64,000 nucleotides of DNA, taken from Octopus sinensis. Its lineage: Eukaryota. Each line of letters opens with the position of its first letter. Within the stretch, counting starts at the first letter, position 1. A program made the translations under genes and the position numbers. The notes beneath the pieces were generated by a model. It did no database searches. It worked only from the letters and a program-made list of their open reading frames with translations, and was not told where the DNA came from. This document shows, piece by piece, positions 51,601 to 64,000 of this stretch. Where the stretch lies: contig NC_043000.1 of assembly GCF_006345805.1 (NCBI RefSeq), positions 115,258,001 through 115,322,000 of the forward strand, in the 5' to 3' direction.

Positions 51601-52240
51601 AGCAGTGATTTGCGTTGGACAAAGCATATCTCTAAGATTGTCAGGAAGGCCGAGGGTGTCTTGGCATCACTCAGCAGGTCTTTTGTTAGCCGCTCTCCAG
51701 CCATCTATTTAAAACTGTATACAGCTATGGTACGACCACACTTGGAATTTGCATCATCAGTTTGGAACCCCTATCTTGCACAGAACATTGACCTCCTGGA
51801 ATCTGTCCAGAGACGTGCAACCAAACGCATACCCTCCATCAGACACCTACCATATTCTGAGCGCCTTGTTTCCCTGGGCATGGATTCACTGAAGCTCCGG
51901 CGTCTGGCGACGGACTTGGTAAACACCCACAAAGTTATCAACCACCTCACCAACAACAACACTGAACACCTTTTTGATCTCCATGTGTCTAACACACGTG
52001 GACATGCCTACAAAGTCAGAAAACAATACAGCTCTCATGACTTTCGGAAACATTTTTTCACGCTCAGAGTTGCTGAAGCATGGAATAAACTGCCTGCGTC
52101 AGTTGTTGACTGCCATGACACTGCATCTTTTAAGGCCCTCATGCTTTCCGAAATCCGCCGAAACTACACCTGATTATATATACACTTTAGATGAGTTGTA
52201 GTGCACCTGAGCACTGTACACAATTATTATTATTATTATT
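48642..52240 (+). mobile_element. Near-complete CR1-clade LINE (5'-truncated, frameshifted ORF1; ORF2 APE+RT with one frameshift; (ATT)n tail), antisense in intron 1
   Basis: ORF1-like coiled-coil and RLG..PRLIK motif (48642-49408, shift near 49075); APE motifs SLNARS, TETW, GGGV, YRPP, GDFN, SDH (49428-~50260); RT motifs YLDFAKAF, GVPQGSVLGP, YADD to 52173; possible TTTATAAA TSD at 48634 and 52239. Confidence 0.93.
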
Positions 52241-52541
52241 TATAAATTGACTTTGGCAGAATTTGGACTCAGAACGTAAATACAGATGAAATTCAGCGAA
52301 AAGTGACGACTGAGGCCAGAATGTATTTGGTCATAGGTTTTCACGATAAGGGCTAAACAGGTACTTAAACATCAAGAAGGAGATTTAGACAAAAATGAAA
52401 ATAATATACAGAGTAAAAAAATAAGAATGAGCAAATAACAAATAAATAATTGCATTAATTAATTAATTATTTGATTAATTAATACTAATTTATGAGCTTT
52501 AAAATTCATTCATTCAAAACTCAAAGAAGATATCTTCTTAC

Positions 52542-52716
52542 CGAGTGGTCTTAGATGTCCTTCAGGAATTCTAGAATCAACAGATTTCTCAATCAGTGGG
52601 GGAAACACATAGTCCATCCTTTGGTCCTTTTGAAAACTTATTCGAGCATAAACAAGGGAGCAGTTTATATTAAACATGACAAAAAGGCAAACCTTTAGAA
52701 ATTGTGCAAAACCCAT
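52542..52716 (-). CDS. JmjC/Cupin_8 KDEL protein, coding exon 1 (signal-like peptide)
   Basis: ATG at 52716; MGFAQFLKVCLFVMFNINCSLVYARISFQKDQRMDYVFPPLIEKSVDSRIPEGHLRPL+G; donor G|GTAAGA; 175 nt, ends phase 1; hydrophobic N-terminus. Confidence 0.88.
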
Positions 52717-52799
52717 TGTTGTTCTTATTGCTGTTGTACACTTTGTTTTTGATGTCTTTTTTTCTTTTTTATTGCAAATATTTAGTTATAATATTCTAC

Positions 52800-53990
<1,191 letters not shown>

Positions 53991-54437
53991 AAGAGGTGGA
54001 CATGGGTAGATTAAGCCTATGAACAAAGACTGGGTAGGGCATCGTCTGCGTGGCTGGATGTAACAGGTGGCAAGGATGTGATTGGAAACAGAGGTTTGGT
54101 ATCAGCTTTCTTGATAAAGAATTGATCTTTTACACAACCAGCTTTGACACAAACGTAATTGTCTTGGCTGCCATGGGACATAGCAACAATCATGACGATG
54201 ATGACGATGATGATGATGTTGATGATGATGTTGATGATGATGTTGATGATGATGATGGCAATGGTGGTGGTGGTGGAGAGAGACAGACGGAAAGAAAGGT
54301 AAAAAGCTAAAAAAAATGAAGTCAATAAGAAAAAAAAATCAATGATCATTGATTGTAAATTTGGTTGGGTATGTGTTCATGTGGCAAATTAAATATGTAT
54401 GTGTGTGTGTGTGTGTGTGTGTGTGCACGCGTGTAAG

Positions 54438-54468
<31 letters not shown>

Positions 54469-55519
54469 AAAATCTCTCCCTTTCTCTGTGTGTATATATA
54501 TATATATATATATCTACTATAGCCTCGGGCCAACCAAAGCCTTATGAGTGGATTTGGTAAATGGAAACTGAAAGAAGCCTGTCGTATATGTGTGTATATA
54601 TATATATGTATGTATGTGTGTATATGTTTGTGTGTCTGTGTTTGTTCCCCCAACATCGCTTGATAACCGATGCTGGTGTGTTTACGTCCCCGTAACTTAG
54701 CGGTTTGGCGAAAGAGACCGATAGAATAAGTACTAGACTTACAAAGAATAAGACCTGGGGTCGATTTGCTCAACTAAAGGCAGTGCTCCAGCATGGCCGC
54801 AGTCAAATGACTGAAACAAGTAAAAGAGTAAAAGAGATATATAAAACTGAGGATATGTGTGTGTAAACCTGCAGAACTTCTGAAGTTTGCAACTGATTTT
54901 CTCCAAACTGGGAACATACATTACTTAAGTTCCAGAGATGGTTTTAGACTCTTTAAATGTTTCACATAATGAGTAATGGGGCCCCTGGCAACAGAAACTC
55001 CCTTTCTTGAGGTATGTATGAATGCATGCATGGTCCATGCAATATTTCAGTTCAAACTGGAAAAAACAGTCAGTGAAATGATATAAGTAGGTTGTATTAA
55101 CTGGATGAACCTATGTAGACTTTAAACTGCATTGTTTAAGTGGTAGCAATTTGTTGGAATAAAAACCGTTTGGAATGCAATATGTTTATTATGAAAAATA
55201 TGCTAAAATATGTTAAATCTTGAACAACTAATCAACTATTTTCTTTTAGCTTCAGTATCAAAGTCTTTCTTCTAAGCATAGATGAAGCCCGTGTCTTCTA
55301 CTATAGCCTCGGGCCGACCAAAGCCTTGTGAGTGGATTTGGTAGGCGGAAACTGAAAGAAGCCCGTCATATATATGTATGTGTGTGTGTGTGGTTGTGTG
55401 TCTGTGTTTGTCCCCGCAACATCGCTTGACAACCGATGCTGGTGTGTTTACATCCCACAACTTAGCGGTTCGGCGAAAGAGACTGATAGAATAAGTACTA
55501 GGCTTACAAAGAATAAGCA

Positions 55520-56330
55520 TTCAGACTGTTGCTATAGTAACGAAGCTAAAGCACAGAGAGTGAAGCCGCTTGACACAAATTGACCTTGAACTCTTCTGTG
55601 GAGGTGTACTAAGTTTTAACATTCTAGCTCAATTCTGCTGTTTACAGCAATGCTTCGAAGGAAGGTGTGTAGCGTGTGATTGTTGCATTGATCACGACAG
55701 AGCAGAAAATCTGCAACAAAATTTGGCCAAAAGCTTGGTGATACCTACTCAGAGACCTACGCAAAATTTTCAAAAAGTTTTCATCTTTCTTGACACAGTC
55801 AAGGAGTTCTTTGTGCAACTGAAACCCAAGTGTCTTTTTTGGTCAGCTGAAGGCAGTTTTGACAGTCATGCATCTCATACCCAAATCTTCAGCGATAATG
55901 GACTGAACCGAACGATAATTAATCTGCACATCCTCTGATAACTCACGGAGGGTGATTTGATGATTTCTTCTCACAGCTGCATGCACATCTGTGGTGTTTT
56001 CCTTAGTTCTGCTGGTTGCAGGTCTCCCAGAAAGTCTGTCAAGATCAGCATTTTTTCGGCCTTCTTGGTAACGTCTGAACCATATGTACATTCGTGTGCA
56101 GCTCATACACTCCTCTCCATACACTTTCTGCAACTTTGCATAGGCCTCTGTCATGGACAATGCGATGATCACATGCTACACATGTTCTTTCCAAGCACTG
56201 CTGTAAACAGCGAAAGTGAGCTAGAATGTTAAAACTTTGTGCACATGCACAACAGAGTTCAAGGTCAATCTTTTCCTAGTGGCTTCATTCTGTGTGTTTT
56301 AGCTTCATTACTATGGCAACAGTCTAGATA
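55520..56330 (-). mobile_element. Internally deleted mariner with ~75-bp imperfect terminal inverted repeats
   Basis: TEAYAKLQKVYGEECMS...WFRRYQEGR...SGRP...ITLRELSEDV transposase N-terminus; 55520-55595 inverts to 56253-56330. Confidence 0.85.
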
Positions 56331-56350
56331 CTTATATATATATGTATATA

Positions 56351-56718
56351 CTAGCAGTATCGCCCGGCGTTGCTTGGGTTTGTTTCAACCCTTTAGAATT
56401 GGAATTTTTGAAAAGTAAAAAAAATTGCATTATGTAGCTTGTTATTCTCTTTAAGTGAACATTTTTCTGGTTGAAATACACCGAAAAATGGCGACACAGC
56501 AGTCATAAAATCGTTAAAAATAGGGATTTTCATAGTAAAAAAGCACCTTTTTGATGTAAATAATTTTTGGTGTTAACATGGTCCGATTTAACAAGCCTTC
56601 TTCTATCATACTCTCAATTTTGGTCAACTTGTGACACAGGGTCTCGGAGGAGATAATGTTAGTTGAAGGCTACCAAACCGGCCACACACACAGACAACTT
56701 TAGCTTTATATATAAAGA
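56351..56718 (-). mobile_element. Non-autonomous Helitron, same family as 62859-63247
   Basis: reverse-complement match with the same termini. Confidence 0.8.
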
Positions 56719-56737
56719 TAAGCCATCCTTTTTTTTT

Positions 56738-57985
56738 TATAATAATAATGAAATTTTTGTATACAGTGCTCAGGTGCACCACAACTTGTCAGAAAGTGCA
56801 TATAAAGTACATGCAGTAATGTAAAAATGTCTGGAGAGCGAACAATGTATGAGTCAGATACATGCTTGTGTGTGTATGGAGGGGAGAAAATCAGGTGTAG
56901 TGTTGGCGAATCTCAGAAAGCATGGAAGTTTTGAAGGATGCAGTGCTCCAACAACTAACAACTGATGCCGGCAGTTTGTTCCATGCTTCAGCAACTCTCA
57001 GTGTGAAAAAATGTTTCCTGAAATCATGGCAGCTGTGCTGTTTTCTGGCTTTGTAAATATGTCCACGGGTGTTAGATGGGTGGAGTTTGAAAAGGTGCTC
57101 AGAGTTATTGTTTGTACGATGGTTGATAATTTTATGGGTGTCTGCCAAGTCAGCTGCCAGACGTCGGAAGTAAGGCGTTCAGGATAAGGCAAATGCCTGA
57201 TGGAGGGTATTCTTTTGGTTGCACGTCACTGAACAGCTTCCAGACAATTGATATCCTGGGCAAGATAGGGGTTCCAGACCAGTGATGCAAATTCCAGGTG
57301 AGGTCTTACCATAGCTATATAAAGCCGCAGATAGATAGCCGGAGAGCGGCTCACAAAGGATTTGATGAGTGATGCCAAGACACCCTCAGCCTTCTTGACA
57401 ATTTTAGCGATGTGTTTTGTCCAACGCAAATCACTGTCGACAATAACACCCAGGTCACGTTCACATGAAGAGTTTTTGAGACTAGTGTTGTGGAGGGAGT
57501 AGGTGGACACTGGGTTTCTCCTCCCAAAATGCATGGTGGTACATTTGTCCACAGCCAGCTTGAGTTGCCAGTCCATAATCCACTGCTGCATTGTGTCCAG
57601 GTCTGCTTGCAATAGAGATCTATAGTGTACAGGATTTGACCTCTTTATTTCGAGGTAGAGCTTGATGTCATCTGCATATTTCAGCACTGTGGCATCCTTT
57701 AAGTTGGCATCTATGTCATTAACATATGCAACAAATAAAAGGGGGGGCCAAGAACAGATCCCTGTGGTACACCGGATGCCATCTCATAGGGCGAAGAGTG
57801 CTGTCCTAGAACTGTGACAACCTCTTTTCGGCCGAAAATAAGGACTTCAACCAGTTATAGAGTTCGTCTCTTACCCCCAACGCAGAAAGCTTCACCATAA
57901 GTCTTTTGTGTGGCACAGAGTTAAAAGCCTTAGCAAAGTCCAGGCAAACAACATCCACCCAGGATCCGCGATCAGTGATTTGGGA
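56738..57985 (-). mobile_element. Older CR1-clade LINE fragment (related subfamily, frameshifted)
   Basis: WVDVVCLDFAKAF, YADD, RPHLEFAS and VAEAWNKLP spread over several frames; longer 3' UTR ending in the same gcacctgagcactg motif. Confidence 0.9.
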
Positions 57986-58317
57986 TAAAGATGATCGCAA
58001 ATGTTTTCTATATATTTGGCAAAAAAAATAATAATTAAAAATTGCAAAATGATACAAGTAGCTATTTTTAAACCTCTAGCTTTAACTTCAGTTATGGCAC
58101 ACACACATGCATAAAGAAAGGTGTACTAAATATCATACAAGATAAATTCTGGTTTTATTCAACATGTCATTGCTATGAGAGAAAGTAAGTCTCCTAGCAA
58201 CAAATACAACTGACTTCATATAACAAGGGAGATAATCTCGAGCAATCATCAAATTCTTCAGAATTCATATGCTGTTAACAATAAGAGATTTTTTTATTTT
58301 CTTGGAACAAAAGGACC

Positions 58318-58360
58318 GCTGCAGACATGTGTCTCTGCTTCAATGTATCGTCAGTGCAGC
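58318..58360 (-). ncRNA. Degenerate minimal hammerhead motif (third family)
   Basis: GCUGCA-CUGACGA-UAC auugaa GCA-GAGA-CACAU-GUC-UGCAGC; perfect 6-bp stem I; two substitutions from consensus. Confidence 0.45.
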
Positions 58361-58497
58361 TGTTGTCTCACCTTGACTCTGGTCAGATGTAAGTCTTAAA
58401 TGTGTACAAAAAGAGTAGAGAACGTTTATGATAAAAATGAGCTAAGAGAAGTTATAACAAGTGCCAAATGGTAGGAATTTGGACACCAACAACATCT

Positions 58498-58534
<37 letters not shown>

Positions 58535-59792
58535 TAAGAATTTTGCTATCCTGTTACATGGTTTGTAGTTCACTCCTACTGCATGGCACCTTGGGCAAGT
58601 GTTTTCAACTATAACCCCAGGCTGAACAAAGCCTTGTAAGTGAATTTGGTAGACAGAAACTGAAAGAAGCCTGTTGTATGTATATATATATATTTATAAA
58701 GCACCATTTGAGCATGGTCAATGCCAGTGCTGCATGACTGGCTCCCATGCCAGTGGCATATAAAAAGAACCATTTGAGTGTGACAGGTGCCAGTGCCACC
58801 TGACTGGCCCCCATACCAGTGGCATGTAAAAAACATCCACTACATTCTCAGAGTGGTTGGCATTAGGAAGGGCATTCAGCTGTAGAAACCTTGCCAGACC
58901 AAACTGGAGCCTGATGTAGCCTACCAGCTGCCAGTCCTCAGTCAAAATCGTCCAACCCATGCTAGCATGGAAAGTGGACGTTAAACAATGATGATGATGA
59001 TATATAACTACATTATCAGATATGGTCATAATGCGCTATGCATCATTTTAGCTTTTGAATGATGTTACCCCTCTGGCTAAGTGAGCAGGCCAACATACCT
59101 GCTGATTGGAAGGTTAGTCCATTACAGGGTTATCCAATTTACAGCTGAGTGGACTGGAGCAGAGTGAAATGAAGTGTTTAGCTCAAGAATACAATGTACA
59201 GCCAGTCTGGGAATTGAACCCATGGTCTCACAATTATGAGTGGAACACATCCAGCTGCTAGGCCATGCACCTTCACACACACATACACACACATGTATAT
59301 ATGAAGGGGAAGGTGTTATGTCTCCTTACTTTGACATCATTTGATGGTTGTGAGTGTCATGGCATTAAGGCGGCGAGCTGGCAGAATCGTTAGCACGCCG
59401 GGTGAAATGCTTGTTCTGAGTTCAAATTCCGCCAAGGTCGGCTTTGCCTTTCACCCTTTTGGGCTCGATTAAATAAGTACCAGTTACGCACTGGGGTCGA
59501 TATAATCGACTTAATCCATTTGTCTGTCCTTGTTTGTCCTCTCTGTGTTTAGCCCCTTGTGGGCAATAAAGAAATAGGTTGTGAGTGTCATGAGTGCCAC
59601 CATCAGACAAACAAGCAAGAGTTGGTGACGAGAAGGGCATCTGGCCTTAGAAAATCAACCTCAACAAAGTCTAACTGACCCATGTGAACATAAAAATATG
59701 GACATTACAATAATTATAAAGATGACGATTAATTCATTCAACTCATATATAAACCTGGTTGCATTTTCACAACGCAAAACCTGCCTCTACTT

Positions 59793-60410
59793 GAAAATTA
59801 CTATTTCTAAATCTCACAACGTGAGATATTCAGCAACAGTACTTTGTAGTAAAGATTGTTTGCCAACATAACATGGCAGTCCTGGTTTGGGACTAATGTT
59901 GCTGTAATTTAGCCCCATGAGACATCATCTTCAGCTGGCTATACACAAATTCCGCTGAGGTCAACTTTGCCATTCATCCTTTCAGGGTCGATAAATTAAG
60001 TACCAGTTACGCACTGGGGTCGCTGTAATTGACTTAATTGTCTCTCCTTGTTTGTCCCCTCTGTGTTTAGCCCCTTGTGGGTAGTAAAGAAATATATACA
60101 ACACGGTCTGTATCCTTATATTTTTGAACAAGGGAATCCAGCACCCCCACTCAGCTCAAAACAATATCTGTGTATCGTGATTTCTGGGTTATTTCTCTTC
60201 ATCAGCACAGAATAATTGTTCGGCTGTTATTTGAAAATATAAGGATACAGATCGTGTCGTATAGCCAGCTGGAGACGATGTCTCCTAGGGCTAAATTACA
60301 GCAACATTCGTCCTAAACCAGGACTGCCATGTTATGTTGGCAAACAATCTTTACTCCAAAGTGCTGTTACTGAATATCTCTCGTTGTGAGATTTACAAAT
60401 ACTAAATTTC
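59793..60410. mobile_element. Fold-back element (~185-bp arms, left arm split by a SINE) with a hammerhead motif in the spacer
   Basis: 59793-59945 plus 60095-60128 invert to 60231-60410. Confidence 0.75.
60167..60211 (-). ncRNA. Minimal type I hammerhead motif (second family)
   Basis: UCUGUG-CUGAUGA-AGAG aaauaa CCCA-GAAA-UCACGA-UA-CACAGA; perfect 6-bp stem I; stem II degenerate. Confidence 0.55.
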
Positions 60411-62277
60411 TTGCTCCTAATTGTTTGCACAGGAACTCACCAGGAAGCATCTGACTGAGCATATGAAATGCTCTGTAGGTAGTTGACAACCGTAGCTAAC
60501 AGTTGCATACTGTCCTTCTCTTCCAGATTGTGAAAACTTACTATATCATTTAATCTAATGGGGATGCCTGATTTTTTTGTCTTGGCATGGCTTTATGTCC
60601 AGCTGCACTGCCAACTCACATTTCATATCACATGATCACGTGATCAACCAGACTGTAAGATGTCATTACACATCACTGTTCACAATGTGATTTGCATCAT
60701 TTCAGCTTTCAAATGGTGCTAACCCACTGGCTAGGGGAGCAGGCCAACAACTACCCCTGATTAGAAGGTTTGTCCATCGTAGGGTTACTCATTTACAGCA
60801 GAATGAAGTGTTTTGCTCAAGAACACAATGCACTGCTCGGTTCAGGAATCGAACCCACGATCTCACGATGTAGGTGGGATTTCTACAGCTGAATACTCCT
60901 CATGGCATCAAGCTTTACCTGTTTTTCAAGTAATGGATGTTTTTTTTTTATTCCAGAGAAATTTGAAAGCACACAGATAATGGATGATTCATTGACAGGA
61001 AATGTCAACAAAAAACCAATGGATGCAGCTCAGACACATATGATGATGTCATCACATGTAGCACAGCGGCAAATGGTGATGTAATCATCTGTAACCATAG
61101 CTAAGTGTAAATTGTAAACATTCACACACATGCACACACTTCAGGCATTTTTTTTTCATATGAGTTACATTCTCCAAGAAGGAAGTTCTAACAAGAATTA
61201 AGGGTTCTTCACTCTCATTGGTTTATATGCTAGTTAACCCATAGTTGGGGTCCTAACAGGTGCCCTGCACTCCAGGTCAGAATAGACCTGGGGAAAATAA
61301 TGGTTAAGAGGTGATGCCATAATCCTCAAAACCCTGAAACTCCCATACCAAGGTACCCTGCTACTGGATACAGTTTAAAATCATACCCTGGGCATACATA
61401 CAAATACACACACTCACACACACAAACATACACACACACATACTCATACACACACATACACATACACACATACATACACACACACTCACACACACACACA
61501 CACACACTCATACACACATACACGCACATACACACATGCGCACATACAAGACAGGCTCCTTTCAGTTTCCATCTATCAAATTCCTTCATAAAGCATAGAT
61601 CAGCCCAGAGCTATCATAGCAAACACATACCCAAGGTACTGCACAATGAAATTGAACCTGAAGCTATGCAGTTTAAGAGCAAACTTCTTAACCACATACC
61701 CACACCTGCACCAATTTTTGGAGTTATGATGATAATTATAGAAAAGGTTGACTCCTGTGCAGGTGGCAAGTAGAGAAACACCATTTCGACCCTGTGCTTG
61801 AGGAGACCTATTCAGTCAAGTACATCAACATCAAAAATCAATGGAAATTGTAGTTGTGATGCCTGTGCCGGTGGCACGTAAAAAGCACCATCTGAATGTG
61901 GCCAATGCCAGCACCGCCTTGACTGGTTCCATGCTGGTGGCACGTAAAAAGTACCAACCGATTGTGGCCGTTGCCAGCCTCGCCTGGCACCTGTGCCGGT
62001 GGCACGTAAAAAGCACCCACTACACTCATGGAGTGGTTGGCATTAGGAAGGGCATCAAGCTGTAGAAACTCTGCCAGATCAGACTGGAGCCTGGTGAAGC
62101 CTTCTGGCTTCCCAGACCCCGGTCGAACTGTCCAATCCATGCTAACATGGAAAACAGACATTAAATGATGATGATGATGATGATGATGATGAAGAGGCCT
62201 CTCCTTCAGGTTATCTATATAACAAAATTAACCCCACAAATAAGGATAAATTATAAATTTCAACTAAAAATTTTATA

Positions 62278-62660
62278 GGCGCAGGAGTGGCTGTGTGGTA
62301 AGTAGCTTGCTCACCAACCACATGGTTCCAGGTTCAGTCCCACTGCGTGGCAACTTGGGCAAGTGTCTTCTACTATAGCCTCGGGCCAACCAAAGCCTTG
62401 TGAGTGGATTTGGTTGATGAAAACTGAAAGAAGCCTGTCGTATATATGCATATGTATGTGTGTTTGTGTGTCTGTGTTTGTCCCCCCATCGCTTGACAAC
62501 CAATGCTGGTGTGTTTACGTCCCCGTAACTTAGTGGTTCGGCAAAAGAGACCAATGGAATAAGTACTAGGCTTACAAAGAATAAGTCCTGGGGTTGATTT
62601 GCTCGACTAAAAGCGGTGCTCCAGCATGGCCGCAATCAAATGACTGAAAGAGTAAAGAGA
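62278..62660 (+). mobile_element. SINE family B, representative copy (others at ~285-630, 3992-4420, 9495-9860, 10975-11360, 12770-13125, 40030-40418, 54515-54835, 55290-55517)
   Basis: ggcgcaggagtggctgtgtggtaag...ggttcagtccc tRNA-like head, internal (TA)/(TG) tract, 3' ccagcatggccgcagtcaaatgactgaaac. Confidence 0.85.
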
Positions 62661-62858
62661 GTATAAGCCAACAAGCACGCCTCTATGATCTCTGTGATGT
62701 GTTACTCTGCTAGAAATAACAGCTATATCTCCTTCAAATCACACCATCTTGGAAAAGGATGAGCACGGTGGATAATTAAATTCTAAAATTATTTTTATAT
62801 AATTTTTTATTATATTGATATAATTTTTTACTATTTTTATATAATCTATATTTTTATA

Positions 62859-63247
62859 TCTATATGTATAAAGCTGAAGTTGTCTGTGTATGGCAGGTTT
62901 GGTAGCCTTCAACAAACACTCTCTCCTCCGAGAACCTGCAGTGCAAGTTGACCAAAATTGAGGGTATGATAGAAGAAGGCCTGCTCTTCCTTCCATAGAA
63001 GAAAAAATTCAAATTGGACCATGTTAACACCAAAAATTATTTACATCAAAAACGTGCTTTTTTTCTATGAAAATCCCTATTTTTTACGATTTTTTGACTG
63101 CTGTGTCGCCATTTTTCGGTGTATTTCAACCAGAAAAATGTTCACTTAAAGAGAATAACAAACTACCTAAGGCAAAATTTTTACTTTTCAAAAACTCCAA
63201 TTCTAAAGGGTCGAAACAAACCGAGCAACGCCGGGCGATACTGCTAG
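62859..63247 (+). mobile_element. Non-autonomous Helitron
   Basis: 5' TC, 3' CTAG, subterminal hairpin ccgagcaacgccggg, inserted between A and T. Confidence 0.8.
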
Positions 63248-63684
63248 TATATATTGTCATTCTTTTTATATAATTCTTTTAATGATTTACATTAATTTTT
63301 CATTATTATTTTCAGATTCAATGAATTGAGTTTCCTAGGAGAAATTGTTTTTAATTTAGCTCTATTTCCTATTATTAACTTATAATTCAATCATGAGCAA
63401 AAACGAATTTGAACTTTTGATAGCCAGGCAAACTAAGACAGAGTTATGTACCTTGCATAATAAAACAGTTTTGCTGCCGTTGGGAAATCAGCCGCTTGAA
63501 TACTGTATTTGATAGCATAAAGGATGCAGGGTGTCTTAGATCCACCCCAATCTCAGTAGTACATATTCGGGAAGACTCCTTTTTAGTGCATTAATGCATA
63601 TTAATTATATTTAAAGCAATCTAGTCGTACATTACACAACATTACAAAAAGTATCTTGGTTATAACAGAAAATAATTCGTTTTT

Positions 63685-64000
63685 ATAATAATAATGAAAT
63701 TATTGTATACAGTGCTCAGGTGCACCACAACTTGTCAGAAAGTGCATATAAAGTACATGCAGTAATGTAAAAATGTCTGGAAAGCGAACAATGTATGAGT
63801 CAGATACATGCCTGTGTTTGTATGGAGGGGAGAAAATCAGGTGTAGTGTTGGCGAATCTCAGAAAGCATGGAAGTTTTGAAGGATGCAGTGCTCCGACAA
63901 CTAACAACTGATGCCGGCAGTTTGTTCCAGGCTTCAGCAACTCTCAGCGTGAAAAAATGTTTCCTGAAGTCATGGGAGCTGTGCTGTTTTCTGACTTTGT
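63685..64000 (-). mobile_element. 3' end of CR1-clade LINE (same subfamily as 56738-57985), runs off the window
   Basis: close match to 56740-57055. Confidence 0.9.

Noticed and set aside
54017-54349. Possible extra exon or acidic ORF upstream of the JmjC gene
   Set aside because: Dominated by (GAT)n; an acceptor-like site exists at 54307 but no convincing frame or donor

Overview
AT-rich, repeat-dense eukaryotic (metazoan) DNA. The SINE/LINE families and the (AAT)n/(CAT)n/(TA)n landscape look like a coleoid cephalopod (Octopus) genome; this is an inference. I reconstruct one complete 8-exon protein-coding gene on the minus strand (ATG 52716 to TAA 29805; 1275 nt CDS, 424 aa). All introns are GT-AG and exon phases are consistent. 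It encodes an N-terminal signal-like peptide, a JmjC/Cupin_8 domain, a degenerate EF-hand-like region and a C-terminal KDEL, and has a non-canonical H-x-H...H metal site. The rest is nested mobile DNA: a near-complete CR1-type LINE and a near-identical truncated copy, an RTE-type LINE with a PHD-like insert, R4/Dong-like remnants, mariner remnants, hAT/piggyBac/Helitron-type non-autonomous elements, fold-back elements and many tRNA-derived SINEs. The most unusual non-coding signal is a set of minimal type I hammerhead-ribozyme motifs from at least three different repeat contexts. One family joins a tRNA-like Pol III head to a hammerhead and is inserted as an inverted pair between 12-bp direct repeats. 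Coordinates were counted by hand, and repeat edges are approximate.
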